This document shows, in pieces, positions 1 to 11,039 of a stretch of 53,668 nucleotides of DNA. The stretch's first letter is position 1; each line of letters opens with the position of its first letter. A model generated the notes under the pieces. The model was not told the DNA's origin. It saw only the letters and a list, made by a program, of their open reading frames with translations, and did not search any database. Origin of the DNA: Welwitschia mirabilis (lineage: Eukaryota); the NCBI GenBank assembly GCA_051453625.1, contig JBOZIK010000001.1:48331910-48385577 (forward strand). The letters run 5' to 3'. The position numbers were made by a program, and so were the translations under genes.

Positions 1-149
1 ACCATCAGAAAAAGAAAGACAGAAGTAATAATTTCCAATAACAACCTAATGAACATTATGCCTCCATCAATAAGAAATTTTTCATTACTTTACATTCTAT
101 TCCTATAGATGCTTTCTTTCAAGAAGAATTAGTAGACTATTTTTATAGT
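1..149 (+). pseudogene. gag: Element A gag, fragment upstream of the B insertion
   Basis: 'gaagaattagtagactatttttatagt' (EELVDYFYS) is homologous to 'gaacaagtagactatttttatagtgga' in the gag near 2450-2477. Confidence 0.8.
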
Positions 150-1232
150 TATTGCACTACCAATTTGTGATTATTTGATAGGGTTTTATGAGTTATTTTA
201 TAGGAATTTTACATAGATTTAGGTATAATTCTAAGGATTTTGGAGATTCAATAAGCAATCTTAAAAATATACAATTCCTACCTAGATTTAATATATTAAA
301 GGCATATTCTGATTCACAAAGCTTTGGAGAAGGAGTATTGACAAAAATGCTAAGTTATTCCTCAAGAAAATGATTAAAGAAGACTGTCATCCCCTCCGTC
401 ATCCCCATGATAGGGGGGATGATGACTGCTGATGTCGACTGTTTGATTACTACTGAGTCATCATTCTAAGCTATCTTTTGTAATGTACTATCATTCCCCT
501 TATCATTTAGATGATAGTCCAAACGATACTAATGTATAATTGACTCTAACAGTGACCCTTAACCTTTTCATCCATTTCTAAATTCTAAATAAGTGAGTAT
601 TACTGCGGCTTTCATTTGTCTTTTTCTATTGTGAGTTATTATAAATACATCCCTTTCAATTTTTCTTCTTGTCTTCATTGCACCAGAAATTCTCATGATA
701 GGAGATCAAAGGATGGGTGATCCATCTTGAGCATTACAAAAAGACGTGCACTTGGTGGAGGGCTTTGTATCCTCCATTGAGGCCTGGCTATTTTGTAACC
801 AAGATGCTTGTTACTCTTTCTTAACGTAAATCTTATTTTATTTTTATATTTGTATTTTATATTTTCTGATAACCCTTATAGTTTATGTTGCCCTAGATCT
901 AATGATAATTTCTTAGGTGATATAGATTATCAAGGGCAGCCTTTGTTAAAACTAAAAGAAATTAGTGTTAATTTATTTTACATTCATCCAGATTAGTTAC
1001 ACTTTGCATTTGCATTACATTCCTTTCTTTCCTTATATTTTTATTTATTTCTAATTCCCATTCGATTTTTCAAAGTAACCTAAGTCTCATCTCATAGTTT
1101 TTAATGTGAATACGACATTTTAAATCTACTTCCACTCATACTAGTGTGATGTATTATGTAAGATATCTATTTATTTTATGAATGATAAAATCTTTCCAAA
1201 CTTAAGAACTTGCACAAAGACATATCATAACA
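150..1232 (+). repeat. Element B 5' LTR
   Basis: Starts TATTGCACTACC and ends CATAACA. TATA-like TTATAAATA near 638. Colinear with 8795-9821. Confidence 0.9.
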
Positions 1233-1235
1233 AAA

Positions 1236-1253
1236 TGGTACTATTGCCAGGGA
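1236..1253 (+). promoter_or_regulatory. Primer-binding site, tRNA-Asp type (decayed)
   Basis: TGGTACTATTGCCAGGGA vs Athila tRNA-Asp PBS TGGCGCCGTTGCCGGGGA (13/18, all differences at CpG), 3 nt after the LTR end. Confidence 0.85.
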
Positions 1254-1732
1254 AGGCTATCAAGGAGTACAAGGGTTGTTGTCATTCAGATAAGTATATC
1301 GAACCTTTATTTAGTTCTTTATCTATAGCGACATTGTACTTTATTAGGAGCTATCAGTATTCTGTATGCAGCTTTTCAGTTTTGATTTTTTAGATTTAGT
1401 TTTTTTATAGAAAAATAGTTTTGTCCCCTCTGTTGTCCCCATGATAGGTAGGATGATAGATTTTAGTTTTCGGTTTTTAAGTTTTATTTTCAAATTTTAA
1501 ATTTTTTTCCAATAAATTAGTCTCTATCATATCCTATGTCATCTAGATGGCTAGGTAGATAACAGTTCTATTTTTTAAGTTTTCCTGCTTTCCATTTTGG
1601 TTTCTATTCTGTTTCTATTTTTCTGGTTTTCTATGTGTATCATTTGCTTTGTCATTCCCATGATAGATAGGATGATGGTCTATTATATTTTATCTTGTTT
1701 TTTATTATTTTCTATTTGCAGGATGCTGTAAT

Positions 1733-2593
1733 ATGGTTAATATTGAGAAGAAATAGCAGAGAGAAAGACTACTGATAGAAAAGAACATTAAATAAGAACT
1801 GGTGGATATAGGAAAAAAAATTAGAAAACCGATCTTTAGGTGCACTCAAACCTCCTTTCGTATTTATTTTTTCTAAGTTAGATTTTCTTAACGAAAATCC
1901 TATAGAAGGAGAGAACCAATTTATAATGTTAAGTATCACCTATAAGTAAAAACATGTTATAGGATCTTCTACCCCTAATGCAAACCTCACTCTTAGAGAA
2001 TTGTTAGCCAATAAAAAACAAGAGATTCAAATACCTTTTGATCTATCCCTAGCAAATGATGTTGAGCTTAAAAATTTACATGCCTACCCAATTTTTAGTG
2101 GAGAAAATGATGAGGACACCCTTCAACACATTGCAGATGTTGAACAACTAATCCTTACCTCAGGAAATGGGAAGAAAAAAATAACTGATAGAACATATAT
2201 GTTAGTCTTTTCCATGACATTAAAGGGTAGAGCAAAACTTTCACTATAAACTATCCCCCACAAAAGATTAAAAACATAGGATTAATTTTGAAAAACCCTT
2301 ATAAAATGATCTATGAGTGAAGAAACTATGAGAAAAAGGAAAAAGGAGGTAACAAACTTTTAACAAAAACCAAATGAAGATTATGCATCTACTTATGAAT
2401 GGTTCTTCATAGTAATCCATTCTAATCTAGTTGATGCTATCTCAAAAATAGAACAAGTAGACTATTTTTATAGTGGATTGACTCCCCATATGAAATAATT
2501 TATAGATTCTTCTTGTGATAGAAACCTTATGAACCTTACCTAGATGATGCTTAGACAAAATTAGAAAAGCTTATGGAGGTTAGTAAAACTTGG
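1733..2593 (+). pseudogene. gag: Athila-like gag (copy 1), truncated by a gap
   Basis: Starts MVN. PIFSGENDEDTLQH..MLVFSMTLKGRAKL matches the retrotransposon gag core (P.F.G...EDP..H..FP.SL.G.AK.W). Contains stops and frameshifts. Confidence 0.85.
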
Positions 2594-2693
2594 NNNNNNN
2601 NNNNNNNNNNNNNNNNNNNNNNNNNNNNNNNNNNNNNNNNNNNNNNNNNNNNNNNNNNNNNNNNNNNNNNNNNNNNNNNNNNNNNNNNNNNNN

Positions 2694-2833
2694 TGACATT
2701 TTAGGTCTACTGCCACTATACTAGTGTGATGTATTGTGTAAGATATCTATTTTAGTTATAAACAACAGGATATTTTTGAATGTAAAAACTTGCACAAATA
2801 CACACTGCAACAAATTGGTGCCATTACCGGGGA
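2694..2833 (+). repeat. 3' end of a second B-family LTR plus PBS (2816-2833)
   Basis: Homologous to 1113-1253. Ends CACTGCAACA at 2812; PBS TGGTGCCATTACCGGGGA (15/18). Follows a 100-N gap. Confidence 0.85.
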
Positions 2834-3262
2834 AGGCTATTAAGGAGTACAAGGGTTGTTGTTATTCGGGTGAGTATATCGAACCTCTATTCGGTTATTT
2901 ATCTGTGTGATGTTGTATTCTATTAGGAGCTATAGGTTTTTTGCATGCAATTTTTCAGTTTCGGTTTTTTAAATTCAGTTTGCTATAGAAAAAGAGTGGT
3001 CGTTTCCCTTGTCATCCCCACGACAGTCAGGATGATAGTATTCTATTTTTACTTTTAGTTTTATTTCTGGATTGTGGTTTTCCTAAAATAAAATTAGTCT
3101 ATGTCGTTTCTTGTGACATCCAGGTGACCAGGTGGATGACAATCCTGTTTTTTGTGTTTTCTAATTTTTGTTTCAGTTTCGGTTCTGTTTCTATTTTTCT
3201 TGGGTTCTGTTTCTGTTTTTTATCTTGTTTTCTGTTGTTTGATATTTGCAGGATGTTGTAAT

Positions 3263-5291
3263 ATGGTCAATCTTGAGAAGCTGATATAAAAGAACATCAA
3301 AGGAGGACTGGTGGATATAGAACATGAATCATAAAAGCAATCTCTAGGTGCACTCAAACCTCCTTCTGAATTTATTTTTTCTAGGTTAGATTTTCTTAAC
3401 AAAAATTCTATAGAAGGAGAGAAACAATTCACAATATTAAGTACCTCCCGTAAGCAAAAATAAGTCATAGGATCTTCTACCCCTAATGCAAACCTCACCC
3501 TTAGAGACTTATTAGCCACTAAAAACGCGAGAGATTCAAACACCTTTTGATCTACCCCCCGGAGAGGNNNNNNNNNNTGGAGAAACTGATGAGGACCCCC
3601 TTCAACACATTATAGACATTAAACAACTAATCCTCGCCTTAGGAAATGGGAAGAAAAAAAACTAATCGAACATATATGGTAATCTTTCCCATGACATTAA
3701 AGGGTAGAGCAAAACTTTGGTTAAAAACCATACCCCACAAAAGCTTAAAAACTTGGGATCAAGTTAAAGAAACTTTTGTAAAAAGATTCATAAGTGAAGA
3801 AACTATGAAAAAGAGGAGAAAAGAGGTAACAAACTTTTAACAAAAACCAAATAAAGATTATGCCTTCACTTATGAACATTTCTTCATAGAAATTTATTTT
3901 AATCCAATAGATGATTTTTTAAGAATAGAACAACTAGACCATTTTTATAGTGGATTAACTCCCCATACAAAACAACTTGTAGATTTTTCTTATGGTGGGA
4001 ACCTTATAAACCTTACATTAGATGATGCCTGGACAAAATTAGAAGAGCTTATGGAAGTTAGTCAAACTTAGTCAACCCCTAAAGAAAATCAAACGGTAGG
4101 CCAACTTCTCAATACTTAAAAGAAGTGAAACAACAAAAAGAGGTAGAATCCAATCCTACAAATCCCATGAAATATTTTACAACAACCTTGGAGAAGTATG
4201 CAAAAATAATCTTAGATGCTAAAACCGCAACCAAAAGAAATGTTGCAAACTTGTGACTTATGTGAGGATAATTATCATGTCACTAAAAACTATCTTCTTT
4301 TGCCAACATACAAAGAAAGAATTTGTGAACAAGTTTGTACTTTTAACCAAACATCTTAAAAATTCTGAAACCAAAACTAAAAACAACCTAGGTTAAACAA
4401 TTATTTTTAAAACAATCCTAAATCTTTTAGAAACTAATTCAAAAATTTAAACTCTCAACTAATACTAATAAAATTTTAATATCTAAATGATCAACTCACA
4501 AATATTACAAAGAAACTTAAAAGAAAAAATGCCAATATTGAAAACTTGATAAACATCTTTTAACAAACAATACTAGAAAACTAAAAACCTCAAGGAACAT
4601 TAGCTACACAACCTTTACTAAACCCAAATGAACTAAGAAAAAATTATAAAGTTGTGATAAGAAATGAACAAGAAATAAAACCTCCTCCAAATAAACCTTC
4701 CACCTTCCAAAATGATTTTAGAAAAGATGAAGAATAAGAGGAATAAGACATTGAGATATTAAAAGATTACAACTCCCCTTCTCTTAGTAAAAAGAAAGAG
4801 AAAATTCCTTCTCAAAAAACAAACCCTTGACTTGATAGGCTTAATAATAATTCAACTTTCAATGAACATATTAAGGCCTTGATAAAAAATGTGAGGATAG
4901 ACTTGCCCTTCTGAAAAATTTTTAAACAAAATATGGGGTACTCAAAATTGTGGGAGGACTTAATAAGAAAAAAATAAAAATGAGTCATTTCTAGTAAAGC
5001 CTTCCTAGCCCAATCCCTCACAAATTTAGTATTACAAAAATATCCAAATTTGAAGATCCAAGAGTAGCTATGATGAATGTTACTATAGAGGAAAACAAAA
5101 AGATTAGAAAAGCCTTAATAAACATTGGAGTGAGTGTTAACATTATGCCACTTCACATTTGTAAGAGACTTACTTTGGAAAATGGAATAGAACCTACTTC
5201 AATTGTTTTAGAATTAGTAGATACTTTAGTTAAGAAACTGTTAGGCATTATTAAAAATTTGGCAATACAAATTGAAGAGGATTACTACCCC
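3263..5291 (+). pseudogene. gag: Athila-like gag plus aspartic protease (copy 2)
   Basis: MVN start; FPMTLKGRAKLWLKTIP..TWDQVKETFVKRF; CDLCEDNYH knuckle remnant near 4252; protease ALINIGVSVNIMP at 5112-5150. Confidence 0.85.
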
Positions 5292-8200
5292 NNNNNNNNN
5301 NNNNNNNNNNNNNNNNNNNNNNNNNNNNNNNNNNNNNNNNNNNNNNNNNNNNNNNNNNNNNNNNNNNNNNNNNNNNNNNNNNNNNNNNNNNNNNNNNNNN
5401 NNNNNNNNNNNNNNNNNNNNNNNNNNNNNNNNNNNNNNNNNNNNNNNNNNNNNNNNNNNNNNNNNNNNNNNNNNNNNNNNNNNNNNNNNNNNNNNNNNNN
5501 NNNNNNNNNNNNNNNNNNNNNNNNNNNNNNNNNNNNNNNNNNNNNNNNNNNNNNNNNNNNNNNNNNNNNNNNNNNNNNNNNNNNNNNNNNNNNNNNNNNN
5601 NNNNNNNNNNNNNNNNNNNNNNNNNNNNNNNNNNNNNNNNNNNNNNNNNNNNNNNNNNNNNNNNNNNNNNNNNNNNNNNNNNNNNNNNNNNNNNNNNNNN
5701 NNNNNNNNNNNNNNNNNNNNNNNNNNNNNNNNNNNNNNNNNNNNNNNNNNNNNNNNNNNNNNNNNNNNNNNNNNNNNNNNNNNNNNNNNNNNNNNNNNNN
5801 NNNNNNNNNNNNNNNNNNNNNNNNNNNNNNNNNNNNNNNNNNNNNNNNNNNNNNNNNNNNNNNNNNNNNNNNNNNNNNNNNNNNNNNNNNNNNNNNNNNN
5901 NNNNNNNNNNNNNNNNNNNNNNNNNNNNNNNNNNNNNNNNNNNNNNNNNNNNNNNNNNNNNNNNNNNNNNNNNNTGATGAAATGAACATTGAAAGTAATA
6001 TCAAACAAAATTTATTCCTATAACATCATCCACTTGAAGAAAGAAAGATGAAATCAAATGAACATGTGCTTTGTGATGACTAACTTAAGAGTGAAAAAAG
6101 AAATACAACCTTTAGAGTATAAGGAAGTTCAACTTTTCAAGAAAAATTATGAGGGATATTGTCCATTACATATGCCAAAAATTGAAATCATAATTTGAAT
6201 TTGGATGAAAATATTTTTCATGGACTTGAATATAATTTTCCTTGTGATGCTTAAAATAAAACTCTTACATTTAATGAAAATCTTTTTCTAAAGCTGCCAT
6301 TTCTCTCCACTTTAGCTTTCAAAATATTATAGAGTACTCTCCATTACTCATCTCTTCATCCAATTGATTTTACTTGGAAATAACTGTACATGTTCTATGA
6401 TTTATTAATTGGTAAATTTCTAGTTTGGATCTTATTTTTCTAAACATCTATCTTTTTAATAAAAAGTATGAGTTATATTTAGGAATTAAATAAAATATAC
6501 TTGCCTTAGAATTTTCTTTCAACTTTCTATTTTGATAGTCTTTATTTTCATTTTGCTGCTTTTAGATTTTATTTTTGTTTGTAGTCTGTACTTCTATTTT
6601 CTGTTATAATAATTTCTTGTCTCCTTTGTCGTCCCATGAGAGATAGGATGATAGTAAGTTTTGTTAGTTTTCTAGCTTCTTGATTATTTTCTATGTTTTC
6701 TAATAAATTTCTATTTTTCTTATCTATTCTTATCATCCTCTCTGTCGTCTGAATGACGAGCAGGATGACAGTCAATAAAATAATCATTTTTATTTTCTAT
6801 TATTTTAAGAAAATATATTTTTATGAATCTACTAAGATTTTAATGGATAAAAACTTGAAATTTCATAAGCAAATCATCTGAATTTTATCTTAGATTTTTT
6901 CTTTAGAGGTTATTATGGCATTACTTGATCATTTTTCAAACTTGACTTATGTATTTATCTCCATGACTAGTNNNNNNNNNNNNNNNNNNNNNNNNNNNNN
7001 NNNNNNNNNNNNNNNNNNNNNNNNNNNNNNNNNNNNNNNNNNNNNNNNNNNNNNNNNNNNNNNNNNNNNNNNNNNNNNNNNNNNNNNNNNNNNNNNNNNN
7101 NNNNNNNNNNNNNNNNNNNNNNNNNNNNNNNNNNNNNNNNNNNNNNNNNNNNNNNNNNNNNNNNNNNNNNNNNNNNNNNNNNNNNNNNNNNNNNNNNNNN
7201 NNNNNNNNNNNNNNNNNNNNNNNNNNNNNNNNNNNNNNNNNNNNNNNNNNNNNNNNNNNNNNNNNNNNNNNNNNNNNNNNNNNNNNNNNNNNNNNNNNNN
7301 NNNNNNNNNNNNNNNNNNNNNNNNNNNNNNNNNNNNNNNNNNNNNNNNNNNNNNNNNNNNNNNNNNNNNNNNNNNNNNNNNNNNNNNNNNNNNNNNNNNN
7401 NNNNNNNNNNNNNNNNNNNNNNNNNNNNNNNNNNNNNNNNNNNNNNNNNNNNNNNNNNNNNNNNNNNNNNNNNNNNNNNNNNNNNNNNNNNNNNNNNNNN
7501 NNNNNNNNNNNNNNNNNNNNNNNNNNNNNNNNNNNNNNNNNNNNNNNNNNNNNNNNNNNNNNNNNNNNNNNNNNNNNNNNNNNNNNNNNNNNNNNNNNNN
7601 NNNNNNNNNNNNNNNNNNNNNNNNNNNNNNNNNNNNNNNNNNNNNNNNNNNNNNNNNNNNNNNNNNNNNNNNNNNNNNNNNNNNNNNNNNNNNNNNNNNN
7701 NNNNNNNNNNNNNNNNNNNNNNNNNNNNNNNNNNNNNNNNNNNNNNNNNNNNNNNNNNNNNNNNNNNNNNNNNNNNNNNNNNNNNNNNNNNNNNNNNNNN
7801 NNNNNNNNNNNNNNNNNNNNNNNNNNNNNNNNAAAAACTTTGAGACTATAGGATCAGTGGTGTTCTTAGTGTCATTAGAGGCATTACTTATTTTCTAGAC
7901 TCTTAGTCTATTTTACATGATTATTTCATTTCTTTAGATTTAGGTGTTTGTTTTAAGATGATGGTAGGTGAGTTTATTTTTAAGTAATTCTTTGTCTAAT
8001 TATTCATTTAATCTTTAGCATCATCATAACCACTACCTCATCAAATGGAATTTCTTATATATTGAATCATGCATTTTTCACATTAAGTAATGTTATGATT
8101 TCTTTCATGGGAGTCTGCTAGGTTAAAATATTAGATAAGTGAACTATCTTTTATTTTTATTATCTTATGCTCATTCTTTTTGTTTTCTTTTGTGGTTTGG

Positions 8201-8777
8201 TTAGTTATTTTAAAGTTATTACCATATTTTCTATTCATCATGTTTTTATGTTTTTTTAATCCAAGTAGATTTCTTTCTTAGATAAGTTCTTTTAATAAAT
8301 TTTCTTTTTGGTGTTGGAAGCACCGCTCTTAATCATTTTTGTGATAAAACAGTTTTATTCTCCACTCTTTTTTTTTACTTGTTAAAATATTACATTGATC
8401 TTTATTTTTTAAATCTAACATTACTTAAATTTGTAGTTCATTTTGAAAATTGTCCTTATTCTTACCATTCTTTACCTACCTTATCACTCCCATCTACTTT
8501 CTTTGTTTTATTTTCCAATTCAAGGCATATTACTTTTTCTTTGGGAGAGGGGAAAGATCCATCTTTCATGGCTTATTTTTAAACATTTTTAAACTTACTT
8601 CAAATCTTTCATGAGATAAAATTTTTTAAAATTTTCATGCACATTATGCATTACCTATTATTTAATTATGTGCTATGTTTTATGAGCCTATTGTATAATT
8701 CTAGATTTACCTTTTAAAAAATAAATTAGCTCATAATTATGGTTTTTTTTGCTTGGTTTTTTTCAAGGACTGATAAA

Positions 8778-8794
8778 GGCTAAGTGGAAGGATA
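8778..8794 (+). promoter_or_regulatory. Polypurine tract of element B
   Basis: GGCTAAGTGGAAGGATA immediately before the 3' LTR; the same motif precedes the LTRs at 19007 and 53514(-). Confidence 0.75.
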
Positions 8795-9821
8795 TATTGC
8801 ACTACCAATTTGTAGTTATTCAATGGGGTTTTATGAGTTGTTTTATAAGAGTTTTACATAGATTTAGGTGCAATTCTAAGGATTTTGAACATTCAATAGG
8901 AAATATCCTAAATGTGCAATTTCTACCTAGATTTGATGTGTTAAAGGTACATTCTCATGCACAAAGCTTTGGAGAAGGATTACTGACAAAAATTCTAAGT
9001 TTCTTCTTAAGAAAATGATCAAAGAAGACCATCGTCTCCTTCATCATTCCTAGAACAAGTAGGATGACGATTACTGATGTGGACTACTTAATCATTGCTT
9101 ACTGTCGTCTGGAGAACATTAACATGTAACCGATTTTGATAGTGATCCTTAACCATTTCATCATTTTTTGAATTGTAAATGAACATGCCTTACTACACCT
9201 TTTATTTATCTTTTTTTTAATGAGTTATTATAAATAAGTCCCCCTTTGACTCTCATTCTCATCTTTGTTGCATTGGAAATTCTCATGATAGGAGATTAAG
9301 GGTAGGAGATCCATCTTGAGCATTGTAAAATGATGTACACTTGGTAAAGGGATGTGTATCCTCCATTGAGACCTGCCTATTTTGTAACCAATATTCTTGT
9401 TACTCTTTATTAATATAAACCTTGTTTTATTTTTATATTTTTATTGTAGATTTTTTGATGACTGTTATAGTCTATGTTGCCCTTGATCTGGTGATAATTT
9501 CTTGGGTGATATAGATTATCAAGGGCAACCTTGGTTAAGGTTAAAAGTAAGTAGTATTAGTTCATTTTGCATTCATTTAGATTAGTTCCACTTTCCATTT
9601 TTATTGCATTCCTTTATTTCCCCGCATTATTATTTATTTCTGGTTCCTATTCCATTTTGCAAAGAAACCTAAGTCTCATCTCATAGTCTTCAACGTGAAT
9701 ATGACATTTCGAGTCTACTTCCATTCATACTAATGTGATGTATTGCGTAAAATATCTATTTATTTTATAAATGACAGAATCTTTCTGAACTTAAGCACTT
9801 GCACAAATACACACCACAAAA
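8795..9821 (+). repeat. Element B 3' LTR
   Basis: Colinear with 150-1232 and followed by the TSD ATAGT. Confidence 0.9.
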
Positions 9822-9826
9822 ATAGT

Positions 9827-11035
9827 GGATTTAATAGCCAAATAAAACTACTTACTGATTTTTTGTATAGAAAATGCATGTAGAGTTTTGTAAGAATTAG
9901 TAAAAGTAAGTTAGACATGGCCTAAACCCTTATATAGAGAAAATTGTATAGTAGGCCAAATTATAAAAGAACTTAAAGAAATTAAGCAAGAGAATGAGAA
10001 AGATAAAATTGAGAAAGAAACAACTACTGTCATTAAATATTTTACTACAATATTAGATAAATACATACAAATAATTTTAGATGCAAAGGTGGCAATAACA
10101 AAGAGTATGATTATGGTTCCTACTTGTGATTTATGTGAAGATAACTACCATGTGAGAAAAGATTGTCCTTTACTACCAACCAATAAAGAAAAGATTTATG
10201 AAAATATGTGTGCTTTTAATTAAAGGTCTATAAAGTTTAAGAATTAAAATCAAAATCAAAATTAAAATCAAAATCAAAATTAAAACAATTTTCAACATAG
10301 GATAAATGAATAATCCAATTTCCAATCTTTTGAGAATAAACTTAAGACTTTTAAGTAAATCATCCTAATTTCCAACCATTTATAAATAGATTTAAGAATG
10401 CAAATTTCTAACCAAATAACTCTAATGGTCAAGCAACCATATCAAACTTACAAAATTAGAATGAAATACTTAGGAATTTCATTGATAAGTTAAGAAAATC
10501 CCAAGAGAATAGAATTCTAACATTGAAAATATTATTAATGTTTTAAAACAAACTATGCTTGCTAGTTAAATATCATAAGGATCACTTGCAACACAACCTT
10601 TACCAAATCCTAATTAAGTTAATAAAGATTCTAAGGTTATGAAAAGAAGTAAAAATAATACAACACCTCCTACCTAGGAGGCTTCAACATCTCATAATGA
10701 TAAGAATGATAAAGATGAAGAAGATATTAAAATTTTAGAAAATTATTCTTTCCCTTCTCCTTTAAATAATAATAAGAAAAATTTTTCTCAAGAAAAAGTT
10801 AGGAAACCTACTATCCTTTTTCCTAATAGATTAAAAACTAATTTTATATTTGATGAAAATCTTAAAGCCTTAATGCAAAATGTGAGCATAAATTTACCAT
10901 TTTGAAAATTTTGCAAAAGAATCCTAAGTATTCAAAGTTGTGGAAAGATCTGATTAGGAGGAAATAAAAATGAACTATACCTAGTAAAGTCTTCTTAACC
11001 TAAATCTATAACCAAATTATTCTTATAAAAATGTC
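9827..11035 (+). pseudogene. gag: Element A gag, C-terminal part
   Basis: Intact CCHC knuckle CDLCEDNYHVRKDC at 10125-10166; Q/N-rich hexamer repeat near 10243-10285; homologous to 3950-5040. Confidence 0.85.
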
Positions 11036-11039
11036 TAAA

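Larger units (their letters stand above)
150..9821 (+). mobile_element. Element B: Athila-like LTR element, gag+protease only (apparently non-autonomous), inserted in A gag
   Basis: Homologous LTRs at 150-1232 and 8795-9821. Perfect TSD ATAGT at 145-149 and 9822-9826. tRNA-Asp PBS and PPT present. No RT/RH/INT motifs in the sequenced parts. Confidence 0.9.

Noticed and set aside
188..373. Similar short ORFs at 188-373 and 8749-9018
   Set aside because: They are the same LTR segment in B's two LTRs; there is no evidence of coding function.
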